From Bugula neritina (Eukaryota > Animalia > Bryozoa), in NCBI GenBank assembly GCA_964035545.1, contig OZ037765.1:25481504-25545503 (forward strand): 64,000 bases of DNA. Reading direction: 5' to 3'. A program made the translations under genes and the position numbers. The notes under the pieces are model-generated. The model was not told where the DNA came from and did no database searches. It saw nothing but the letters and a program-made list of their open reading frames with translations. This document shows positions 13,804-25,490 of the stretch, piece after piece; the stretch's first letter is position 1, and the number at the start of each line of letters is the position of its first letter.

Positions 13804-14726
13804 CTATACATTTATAGTCAAACCATCTGACGAGACTTGTCCATGCTCTGGCATCCATATACTGGACGTCACAACTTTTGTGTTCTGATTTCGTTTTTGT
13901 CTCCTCCACGACAAAGAATGTCCTGTGACTATATTAGAAGGATCATCTCCTCTGAGGTTCTGTAGACTGCAGCATATTATCACCTTCTTCTGGCTAGCTA
14001 TTTCATCCAGCTGTGTCGTCTCAATAATCTCCGTAAGAAACTGGATGTAGTTGATGGCTAGTCTAAGCGTATCAACCTAAAAAAGTTTAGAGTTAATGAA
14101 TAAGTTGCATAATATTTTATGAGTGCAGCTGAGTACCTATATTGCAAATGATGTAATTTTATGTAATGTAAATTTGGTAAAAATATTTGCTATGCTGTTT
14201 TATCAAAGCATGAAGTGTTGAATTCAACACCTTCTGGAACTGAAAATGCTAATTTTGTTTTGCTGTAACCCAGGTGGTTTGGTGCTCCACAAATTCCTGT
14301 TTCAAAACATTAGTAAGTTTTTCATCACTTGATCATTGATCTCTCATTTTTTCAATAAAGGATATCACAATTTCTAAATTTTACTGACTTGATTTATCAA
14401 AACGCATTTATGGTTATGTCAGCTAAATACTTGTTCCTTTTTGTTCCCCCATGCTTGTGTATATTAGCTTTTCAAATATTTACAGGCCTTTTACAAAACC
14501 GTATTTAGGAAGCCCTTTAAAACCAAATATATTTAGGTTTAGGAGAGTTTTCCAGAAGATAAATGAAGATGTATTAGCAGACAAACCTTGGATAATTTCT
14601 TCTCGTATGGCAAAGTTGGGACATGAGTTCTTAGCCCTTCAAAGGCTTCATTAATTGATTGCATCCTCCGTCTCTCTCTTTGATTGGCGGCATTTCTTTG
14701 GTAATATAAGCTTGTAGACCTTTTCA
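13804..14726 (-). CDS. PTF1A: PTF1A (Fer1) bHLH transcription factor; two supported coding exons 14726-14587 and 14076-13804; 5' exon(s) unresolved (candidate exon ending at 17400 with donor GTAAGT at 17399-17394)
   Basis: The bHLH reads [37 protein letters not shown]|[18 protein letters not shown]. It is followed by QKKVIIC, HSLSW (C1) and IWMPE (C2, RBPJ/Su(H)-binding), the tail motifs diagnostic of PTF1A. Confidence 0.92.
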
Positions 14727-17022
14727 CTAAAATAAAAATGTTTTCTTCAAATGCGATAGCTATATTATCAAATACTGCAATGCCCTAGTCTGAAAAATTC
14801 TAGCTACTGCAATAAACAAACTCTTATTCAGAAAAGTCAGTGGTTTTTGTGCTAGAATGAAAAGTAATGCATATTGAGCATTAAAATGGTATAATTTAAT
14901 ACACTTACTTGTCTTTTTATTGAGAGTATGGTTAACTATGTTTTGCCTCACTTGCATCTTAGCTCTGATACACAGAATGGATATCGCTGTAACTGTAACT
15001 GTAGCTGTAAAAGACACTATCACATAATGTGCTGGAATGAAATTGCATCTTCATATATGTTAGACGCGTGCCCTTAGCTCATTGATTATCTTTATTGCTC
15101 TTATTTTTTCTTTATTTTTATCTAAAAGATTTTAGTTTTAAGTATCATCGACTGCACATTAAGATAAAGAAGCATCGCTATGCAATATACTCCATTAAGC
15201 TCAGAATGTTTTATGTAGCCCTCAAGGATAATGCTTCTATCAATTATTCATGAAGTGGAGAGATGTCATACTCAATATAATATAATGCCTACAAGCTATC
15301 CCAAAAAGGAAGCTATATCAATTGCTATGAAGATTGCTAAAACTATTTGACAAAGCTGTAGGTTCATGACCCTGTAAAATGGTTCAAGTAATAAGAGATT
15401 AGAATTGAATATTTTTGAAGAATGACAATAATAATCTATCAACTTAGCATATTACAATATTGTAATAGCTATTAGCTATCAGTATTTGCTAAAGTTGGTC
15501 ACCACATCACATTCTTCTTGATGTCAAGAACCTTGGGATGTTTGGTGTATAAAATCACAGTAAAAAGGGAAGTAGAGCACTTATCAACCAATTTATTTTG
15601 TTGAAGTACAGTTTGTAAAAGTTTTTTATAAACATTTCTTTGATTAATGCAGAAAATCATAAACATTTCTTCAATTTATTATTGACAGAAATTAAAACTG
15701 CATTTACGTACTTGTATTTATGAGAACCAAGCCATCTATAAGTCCTTTGAAGACTGCTAGTTTATAAGAATGGAAATCACTATTATAATATAACTGGAAT
15801 TATGGATTGGTAAAATGCCATTCATTTCTACTTTGATGATATTACCACAACACCTGTCAGCAGTTTGGCTAAACTAATTGTTTACTTTGATCTCAAATAT
15901 CAATTATAAGGAGGATACATTAGCAGCTACTGAGGCAGCAATTTTTGCCAACTCTTGGTAATCTCGAATGATGAGTCATTAATTTGCCAGCTTACCAGTT
16001 GGGCTTCTGGAAGGAATCAATTCGTGTGCCAACTCCAACCTTTTGGTTTCACGAAAAACTATTTTATTTAATGGATAGAAAGCTCCCCTTGGCTGTATTA
16101 TTTTCTGAAATTAAAATTTCTCTGAAAAAAAACAGTTTTTTGCACTCCTTTCAAGAAATCAAAGGTTACTAAAGATAAACAATAACACAAGAGCTTCAAA
16201 TTTACCTGAGCGTAATTTACCCCAACAGGGTTGTACAAATTTATAAAACAATAAATCATGCACTCTGTTATATAAAAATAGTTCAGTATTAAAATTTTAA
16301 TATTAAATAGATACATGTAACAATTGCATTATGAAGACCCATTTTACATTATTTCATATATTTGGAGGCAATGAGCTGCATGTTGTGTGTTACTATATGC
16401 AACTTAGAGCGAATGAAGTAGATAATTTATATAATAAATTAGATTGATTCAAATGGAAGTTATGAACATAGATTAAATGATAGCAAATTGTTCACTATGT
16501 GCGAAAGTGTTAATTCATTAGCATAAGTTTTTACCTTTTATTTTAGGATTTATTTTCAGGCTAATGTTCTTTTCTCTAGAGAAAAGCTAAAATTTTGAAG
16601 TCCTGTCAAAACATATTTTAGAATATTTTCTACCATACTACTGGAGAGTTTGAGACGTTGTTATTACAGCATATAAATAGCACAATTTTTCAGCAGTTTC
16701 TCAGCTACTACCAACTCTAAGCAAATACTAAACAAACACAGAGACAGCAGAGTGAGTAAGAACTTCCTCAAATCTTTTCAGTGATTGTACATCCCATTAT
16801 CACTAGTTTCATCATCACATTCTAAAGTGTTTTGGCACTTATCCCCTAGCAGATGCTATATTTTATGAGTGTAGGTCAAAGAGCAGAAAATCTTCCTGCT
16901 GCTTATTAAACATATTTATAAAGTTATTGAGGTCTTTGCAAGCATAAAATTGCTTGTTTGTTAGATTTTGGATTTCTATTCTGTGAATGTTTTTGACAAA
17001 ACCTATGAGTTATAAAGTTTTA

Positions 17023-17189
17023 GGGAGCAGTCTGTCTAGGGGTTAGAGCGTTAGCTTAGTAATCAATAAGTCATGGGTTTGAACCCGACAATGGCCATTG
17101 GTGATGTTAGGAAGAGCATTCAGTCATAATTGCTTCTATGCCCAATCTGAATAAGTCTCATGGAGTGGCGACTATAAACTGAGTTTTTT
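17023..17189 (+). mobile_element. tRNA-derived SINE, family A (internally deleted)
   Basis: GGGAGCAGTCTGTCTAGGGGTTAGAGC...GGGTTTGAACCC...GGCCATTGGTGATGTTAGGAAGAGCATTCAGTCATAATTGC...GACTATAAACTGAGTTTTTT matches the copy at 2648-2868. Confidence 0.85.
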
Positions 17190-20100
17190 ATGAGTGAAAT
17201 TTTATTGAGATAGATTTATCAGTCAACTGCTTCAAACTTGCTTTCAAAATATTAGAATTACATGCCAGTACTTTTTAACAACAAATATTTACATATAATC
17301 AAGTATCAAAACTTATGTAAGTTACAAGCTTTTCCATCATGATTATGTAGAGCTGAGATTGAAGTCTGCTTATATTATTATGCTGTTCATCATACTTACC
17401 CGTGGGTGGTACCATGTGACCCAGTACCACCAGCCACATGGGAGTTGAATAGATCACATTGGACTGTGTGCTATACGCACATCAACTGAACAGTCATTTG
17501 CTACCAACTGAAGAGCTGCTATATTTTTGTGCTTCCACTAAAATCTGAGCTTTGAATCAATAATGGTATAACTGTAACTAAAAAGGTGTCTATACGTTTG
17601 TCTACAACCTGTAAAGGCATAAAATCATTTCTAATATTTATCCACCTCTATAACAATTTAGAATTGATTTGCCAGCATATTATTACTATGCAGTAGTGAA
17701 AGTTGGTGATCTACAAAGAAAGTGGTGTTTAGGTAGGTAGATATAACCAAGACTTCAACCTGATCTCTAAGTCAAGAGAGATAAATCCAATATAAAAATA
17801 AAGTCTTACCACATGACTTGGTGATAAACAAATTATCACACATTTTTATGAAGAAATTCTGACCTAATTTGCCACTCACTTCCACTGAAAATAGCGATAT
17901 TGTGGTTAATATTACTTCATTACTCAAGTTCAATACACCACAGTGTTGGTGAGAAAACATTTCCAATTGCCTCTTGAAATAATTACCATTGTGATTGCGC
18001 ATGGTGTGAAATCATTAGAGGTCAAATGTGTGTATTTTTATGGTTTTGCTGCTGCTGTGTAAACACCAATAATGTTAATGTTCATTTTGTTATTGTTCTG
18101 CAGCACAAGTATGCAAATCATAGGTTTAGGTTTGTGCCCGGCTTGTTTAATGAGCAAAAACTGAAAGGAAGATATTGTAGCTGTCACATTTTAATAAGCA
18201 AATTATTTTTAACAAGTCAATATTAATTTGAAGCTTGAGTGCAGGAATATGGATATATTAGGTCAACTGTTGGCAGTTGAATTGAGCTTTTGTATTCATG
18301 CTCTATATTTACAATCATAGTTATCAAAATATCAAACCTTAATGAATTTCAAATGTGCTGAAATGTTTTATAAAATTTACAACTTATTATTTAAGCAGAG
18401 GCTGCTTAAAGTGTGAAAATGGTTATGTTATTGTACTGATGGGATTAATAGCAAATTTTGTCTTTAATTATGGATTAATTAGAAATTTCAGATAGTGCAT
18501 TTTAAAGCGGCATTTGTGGTTATTTAGCCAAAAAAGTCATCACCTACAATAAACTTTGGGATGTTGCATATACAATATGCTGTTTCATGTTTCATAGAGA
18601 GTGCATGCTGAGTTGATATAGGTAAAGAACACCAGATCCATATTCCACGGTTAGCATTTTATTATCCAGTTTTAGTAAGCTTACCAGTCAAATATTACCA
18701 ACCTAAATTTTAGTATTACCTACCACTCAGTCTTTGTGTTCGTAAATAACATATGAGCTTTGGTATCTTTATGCCAGTTTTAAAGAGCATAAATTTTGAT
18801 AATCTATTTATAGTAGTAATTCCTGATGCACTTATTTGTATGCCTATGTATGTGTATTAGTATAAGTGTAATTCGTCCAATCAACAAGTTGGAGGACTCA
18901 TCAAACTGTTATAACAGCTAATGATTAGTAAAACAGTGTTTTTTGAAAACTCCATCAACTGTTATAAACTATATACTATGAGGGAATGGCTCAGTAGTCA
19001 ACTGACTGCAGTTTGTATCAGTTTAAACTAATTATCTAATTTAGCTACATAAGTATATTTCAAGTCAGTTGATCTGATTAATGGTAAGTTTTTCTTGAAC
19101 ATAAATGTTATACCATTATAATTTATTAACCACTGCTTAAGGCAGTACTGCTATTGATATAATTAATCAACTTATAATTATATAATAGGCTAACAGATAA
19201 TTACATTTAAATGAGATCTCACAATGATTATTAACAATTATTCAATTATTTCTTTTACCACAATATTATATAAATCATCACAACAAAACAGAAATAGATG
19301 TTGAAAACATAGGTCGGATAGCAAGTCATTTTTAAACATTGAGTTTGTTTACCAAATTGTAGGTGGAGACTTCCAAGTTGAAGTTCAACAGCCAGTGCAA
19401 GTGAAAAAACTTTTTGACAAAAACAAGATGTTATTTATTTTATATGTGCATTAAATATTTATAATTTATTCCTAACTAGCATAATCAATATAATAATATA
19501 GTAATGACAACTAAAATTTAATTATTGTGCGCTAAATCTAATTACTAATTGTAATTAGCTATAGGAATTTTGTTACCAAGTGTTACTCACAGTTCTGAAA
19601 GCATTTATTTTCTACTCTTCACCATTTTCATTTTTATTTTAGTTAGTTAAATTTATACTTGCAATTCACTTCAATTTTTAATGTCAATGTAATTAGCATA
19701 GCTTTTTAATTGTACTTAATGATATTGTGGTCAAAATTGTGATTAAGTCATACATGCAGACCAATTTATGCAAGTTTAAATAAAAGTTAATAATTCGGAT
19801 GTGGTAGTAGTAATACTAATATGATTTCAATTATTGTTTTTCAACTGCTTCAATTTCAAAACATGTGGCCATTATTCTGAACACAAACATAATAATATTT
19901 ACTGTTAACAGCACAAGCACAATCCTTACTTGTTACTAAAATAAATAGTAGTTAGAAATCTGGAAATAGGTTTTAATAAAAGTTGTTTATTGTCTTAGTA
20001 ATAGTCTTTAAATTTAGCTAGGCTATATAATATTATGGTGATAGTAGATATGCTGGCTGGTTATGCTATTTTCTGTCTCTAACTCTTTTCTTTGCATCCT

Positions 20101-20229
20101 CAGTCTGTTCTATAAGTATAAGTCTTTCCTTCAATTATCACTGTTGAATGTTCTAGTTTCCACAGCAACTTTTGATTGTACTGTTTCTAAATATGTAACT
20201 GTATTTAGTTTACCATTTCAATAGTTATA

Positions 20230-21998
20230 CAGTGCTGTGAAAAAGTTTAAGGACGCCTCACTGTTTTCCATAATAGCAAAGTTCCAAGCTAATTTTAAGA
20301 CATAAGAAAAGCATTTCCATAGGCATGATGCCTATCAAAATGTTCCTCAAAATCTCCTTATCTCATTTATATAAATTATTAGTGTCTTTTTTCATTTCCT
20401 TCCAAAAGTTGGGTAAAACAATGAGATACGATGCATATATGGGAATTATTCAATGTACTCACAATTTGTGTGTACTGTAGGACATCAGAATATTTTACTT
20501 GAAACATAGAAAAATATTACATGTGAATTGTTATACACATTATAGCAGCATTGCAACACACAGTGCTTTAAATTTTAGTATCAATGTTTTGTTGGCCAGC
20601 CTTTACTCTCAATCACAAGTCGGCAGCGGCGAGGGAACGACTCGTACAGCTTCTCCAACTCGTTTTCAGTCACCACACGATGCCATGCATGAATTACAGG
20701 CTCTATGAGTGTCACCTTAGTTGTTGGCTTCTGTGAAGAGACTATTTTAGCCATTCTTGACCATGAATTTCTTATTGGGTTCAAGTCCCAGCTGTGTGCT
20801 GGTCAGCTAAGCGTTGACACCCTCTGCTTTTTCATCCACTCTTTAACAGTTTTTGCCTACTGCATGGTGCATTGTCATCTTCAAATATGTTAATTTCATT
20901 TAAAAAGAAGGTTTTTATGATTGGAACAAGTTTAGCATTGAGATTCTCCATATATTTTTGAGCATTAACATCATTCCAGAGCAATTAATGAGTCGACCTA
21001 CATCTTTTGATGTTATACAAACCCAGAACATAACATCGATAGGGTGCTTAATTGTTCGAAGAATACATTAGGAGTTATATTTCTCATACTGGTATCTTCT
21101 AATAAAACAGTTTCCAGCATGATTGTTCACATTAAATAAGGATTCATCTGAAATAATCACTTTTTTCTAAGCATTCACTGTCTAACTACCATGCTCCATG
21201 GCCCACCGTAGCCGGTTTTTTGCTACTTTTCGGTTAGTAGAAGCTTCCTCCTTGCTTTGCAGCCACGTAGACCCGGCTCAGCAATCTTCACATTATCTGG
21301 GATGTCGAAGCCGCTGTTCCTGTTGTTTCTGAGCATTCTTTGCTAACTCAAAACTTGTTTTATGACGATCCTTCTTGCTGATTCTAATGAGAACCTTGTC
21401 ATCTCTGGGTGTGCTTATTCTTGGTCGTCCACTTCCAGGTTGATCTGCTTCACCGCCAGTCTCTATAAACTTCTTGATAATTTGATGTACAGTTGTCTTT
21501 ACTTTGCCAACCTTTTCAGATAATTTCCTAATTGCATAACCTTCGTTATGCAAGAAATTTATTACAAACCTTGCTTTTGAAGTAAGATTTACAGCTCTCA
21601 TTTTGTCTATGGGCAGCACCTAAGTGGACACCATGTAAAAGCTTACAACTAAATGACAAATCTTAAATTATGGAAGAAAGTCATGCTTTATGATATCATG
21701 ATGCCATACACATATAAAATTTCACTGTTTAGCCTTTTGTGGTTATCAGAAGCGATAAACTTTGGAAACATAAAAACACAGGAGTTGCGCTTTCCTAGCT
21801 GCTTGTGTAGTTAGCCCGAAAATGGGTAGAAAACATTACAGCAGTGAACGTTTATAAGGTGGGAATTGTAGTGAACATTCTAAGGATCATTTTGATATAT
21901 AAAACTTGCAGGAAAATACTAAGAACTTCCAAAAAATGCCTATTAAACAAGATACATAGAAATTTCTGCAAGCGTCCTTAAACTTTTTCACAGCACTG
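20230..21998 (-). mobile_element. Full-length Tc1/mariner DNA transposon (1769 bp), non-autonomous
   Basis: Perfect 27-bp TIRs CAGTGCTGTGAAAAAGTTTAAGGACGC (20230-20256 and 21972-21998), flanked by a TA duplication (20228-29 and 21999-22000), with a transposase remnant inside. Confidence 0.96.
20581..21601 (-). pseudogene. Disrupted Tc1-family transposase
   Basis: Recognisable pieces are the paired-like HTH with GSGRPR, KKVIISDES (first D), DDNAPC (second D), DLNPIRNSW (catalytic E replaced by R) and the C-terminal KLYESFPRRCRLVIESKGWPTKH. These are broken by frameshifts and in-frame stops. Confidence 0.92.
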
Positions 21999-22239
21999 TA
22001 TAGTGGATTAAAAAGTTAATTAAAAGCACAGATTTGACCACTGCCAATTTCATTATAATAACTATAACAACAACATATTACTTTCTCAACATGTTTCAGT
22101 AAATGTGATTGAGTTCTTACAAATTGATATTATTGCTGAGAAATTTTCAAAATTGACAGTTTTGTGATACAGGTTTGCATTCATGTTGTATTCACAAGTT
22201 TCAACAGTCAAATTAATGCCACTGTTTGCTTTAAATTAG

Positions 22240-22749
22240 ATGCCAAGAAAACTCGGTAGTGAAGACAGTGAAAATTTGTCCGACTCAAGTAGCATAGAAT
22301 CCTTACATTGCCAACCAACATACGACTATGATAAAATGCCAAAGATGGAGCTGCCGAACACACCACCCCAAGCTCACATACAGACTGCCAGCCCTGTTAC
22401 AGCAACTAATGCCAAGGAGCGTCACAGAACCATCTCCGTGAACACTGCTTTCCATGAGCTACGCACATTAATTCCAACTGAACCACGTGACCGAAAGCTG
22501 AGCAAAATAGAAACTTTACGTCTAGCATCCAGTTACATACACCATCTGCAGACGGTTCTGTTGGCAGGGGGAGATGTACTCGAGCAGCCATGTATCCGTC
22601 ACCCAGCTCTTCTTGCTCACTTCTACGGAATCAGCACCCCGTGCTCAGCGAGGATGTGTACTTTCTGTCTGAATGCCACAAAACGCACAGGACAGGGCAA
22701 CAGGGACAGTCACAATGCAAGCTCTAAATACAAACGACAAAAAGTTTAG
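22240..22749 (+). CDS. TCF15: Paraxis/Scleraxis (TCF15/SCX) family bHLH transcription factor, single coding exon, 169 aa
   Basis: [47 protein letters not shown], plus the family-specific C-terminal QPC...MCTFCL motif. Confidence 0.9.
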   Translation: MPRKLGSEDSENLSDSSSIESLHCQPTYDYDKMPKMELPNTPPQAHIQTASPVTATNAKERHRTISVNTAFHELRTLIPTEPRDRKLSKIETLRLASSYIHHLQTVLLAGGDVLEQPCIRHPALLAHFYGISTPCSARMCTFCLNATKRTGQGNRDSHNASSKYKRQKV

Positions 22750-23759
22750 GTTAATCTAGGCTTATAAATGATAGTAAAGGCATGTTGTAGAAGGTTTAAA
22801 GCTAAAAAGGGAACTCATCAACTAGTCTGTACTTTAGAACGTATTCTATAATTTTCTATCACCAAACAATCAGCACACCACATCTATTCTTCCTTTATTG
22901 CTCAACTCAATTAATCCGAAACATTTACCACATTATAATATAACCTTATTATATAACATGATAACTATTTAAGGTTATGCTACTCTATATTGCTGTGTTC
23001 GTAAATTGATAAAGTTATCATTTTTATCAACACTCATACATTTCAAAAGCATTTAGTATTTTTTTAAATCTAGATCTTTATTTTCATTACTTAAAGTTAA
23101 TATTATGAAGCTGTCACAATATTTGACATTCATATTTTAAAAACAAACATTTCTTTTATCCAATAAATTTTATGCAAATTATAAGGTCAAAACTTTTAGT
23201 GATTGTAGTATGAGTCATTGCCAACACAGGACTGCAAATAACCTAATGCTTTGTATATAAAATAACAGGTGTTGTGTATGATGGTTTTACACTGTACTGA
23301 ATACACTATATGGCACAGTATACACTACATTGTGCAGCATTACTACATTATACAGTATGATGTAAAATAATACCATACTCTAGAGTCTAGACTCTAGAGC
23401 CTACCATTATAAGCATTAGCACATAATTGGTTGCTTTGATTTGTACTAAATGAAATGCCTTGTTGAAAAGTTTATGTAATGCTTTTTCTTTGGTATCCAG
23501 ATGTTGAAGAAATATTATGTATCACAGTTATATAATAATGAAACCATATAAAAGTTTAGAGCTCTATAATCATAATACACATATTAGTTAGTGCATTGTG
23601 CACGCATGATTGATAATAAAAATAATGGAATTATGAAACTAATGTAATATTATAGTTTAAATTTGGCAATATACATACAATACTTGTAATGGTTTTAGAA
23701 GAATTGTCTTTTTAAATTGTAGCGTATGTGTTAACAGACAACTCCAAACACTTATTTTG

Positions 23760-23871
23760 CATTAATTGCGCAAGAAATATGTCACTTCCGCCACTGTATG
23801 TTTACAGCAGGTTCGTGCAAATCGGTCTCGAGATTGGAAAAACCTACATCATCCTTGTAATCACCTCAAAG
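23760..23871 (+). promoter_or_regulatory. Putative core promoter and non-coding first exon of MTMR3/4
   Basis: Locally CpG-rich patch with an ETS-type site CACTTCCG (23783-90), TGCGCA, TCTCGAGA and a donor-like AAAG|GTACAG at 23871/72. The triplet-periodic tract follows. This is inference only. Confidence 0.45.
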
Positions 23872-23989
23872 GTACAGCTACATCTGCTGTTACAAAGTTT
23901 TATATCATCAATATTTAATAGCATACATACTACTTTTTACTTAGAGTTAGAAAGCTATTCTCCTAGTTGATTTTATATAATTTAATTGA

Positions 23990-25490
23990 GTTAGTCTCAG
24001 TCTGATAGTCATAGTGATACTCGTACTGATACTCCTACTCAATACTGATACTGATAGTGATAGTGATACTGAGAGTCATAGTGATAGTGTAGCTGTAAGA
24101 CTAAGTGTCAGTGTGATACTCATACTCATAGTGATACTGATAGTCATACTCTACCCATACTCGTAGTCATAATCATACTGATCTCATAGTGATAGTTTAA
24201 GTCGTACTGACAGTGACTGATACTGAGTCTAATGGTAATACTAATAGTAATAGTAATACTAATATTTACTAATACTAATAGTAATGCTAATAGTAATAGA
24301 GTAATAGTAATACAGTAATAGTAATACAGTAATAGTAATACAGTAATAATAATAGTGCCAGTCATGTGAGAGTCATATGATTATGATAATAGTTATAATT
24401 ATCATTAAATTGTTAGTAGAAAATATATATCAATATGTGAATACAAAATAAGAATGTGAATAGTAATTTTAATACTAACAGTAACTGTAAGTGACTAAGC
24501 CAAAGTTCAACACTAACAGCAGCACTAGCACTAACAGTTGCTGTAGCACTAGTAACCGTAAGAGTAAGACTAAGACTAACAGTAATACTAAGTAGTAAGT
24601 CAAAGTGTAACACTAACTCAAACTATAAGGGCCAAGAGTAAGAGCTAAAAGTAAAAATAAGTTCAACTTGATTTTATAAGTATAGCTATTAGTATTACTA
24701 TTGTCTATTAGTATAAGTATGAGACTATTAGTATAACTATTACTTGCAGTTAATGTTATACTGTAACTATAAGTATAATTTCACTATAACTGTATCGCTA
24801 TAAGTATTGCTGATAACTCACAACTCATAAGCCTAAACAGAAGCTAGAAGAATACTATAACTATTATATTTAGTATAGTATTACTATTACTCATTAGTAT
24901 TAGTATTACTGTAAAGCTAAATGTTGCGCTAACAGTTATTCTATGGCCTATGATTAATAATAATACAGTAATACTAATACTATTAGTATTTTTGGCAGTA
25001 ATGCTTACACTAGAACTAATGCTTATACAATTAGTATTAAGTATTAGCCCTACAGTCAGTGTTACTGCATAAATAGTTACTCATGTTTATACTGTTTGAC
25101 TTTGAGTGTTATACTAATAGTAATACTTGGTCTTATAGAACTTTAATGTTACTAATCCTTATTTTAGTAGTTATATTAAAACTTCCATTAAGTTTAACAG
25201 TAACTATTAGTAGGCCTATTAGTCTAACTCTAAAACTTAGGTTAAAAGTTGAAGTAAGTTTAACTAACTATAAGAATATGGAATATAACTTTGTTGAATT
25301 ACAAGGATATTGATAGTAACATTGAATTTGGTGTTACTAACTGAATAAAATTGAATATTACTGAATCTAATAGTCCTAATCAGTCATGGTAATAGTAGTA
25401 CCAACACTGATCACATTGAATAATTAATGCTGACATTATTAATCTAATTTAGTTTATACTTATACAGTTACACTTATAAAGTTATAGTTC
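23990..25490. repeat. Cryptic triplet/hexamer-periodic low-complexity island ((ANT)n-like: AGTGAT, ACTGAT, AGTAAT, ACTAAC...)
   Basis: Visible runs such as ACTGATAGTGATAGTGATACTGAG and AGTAATAGTAATACTAAT, upstream of the MTMR3/4 coding exons. Confidence 0.8.

Noticed and set aside
15712-15793. Candidate upstream PTF1A coding exon (LYYNSDFHSYKLAVFKGLIDGLVLINT)
   Set aside because: Phase-compatible, but it has no recognisable similarity and competes with another candidate ending at 17400. It cannot be decided without transcripts, so it is left out of the model.
24144-25313. Hydrophobic Ile/Thr/Leu/Val-rich ORFs (24144-24365, 24413-24613, 25083-25313; also 46033-46215) resembling membrane peptides
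   Set aside because: They are by-products of the (ANT)n periodic tracts, which are stop-poor in one frame on both strands.
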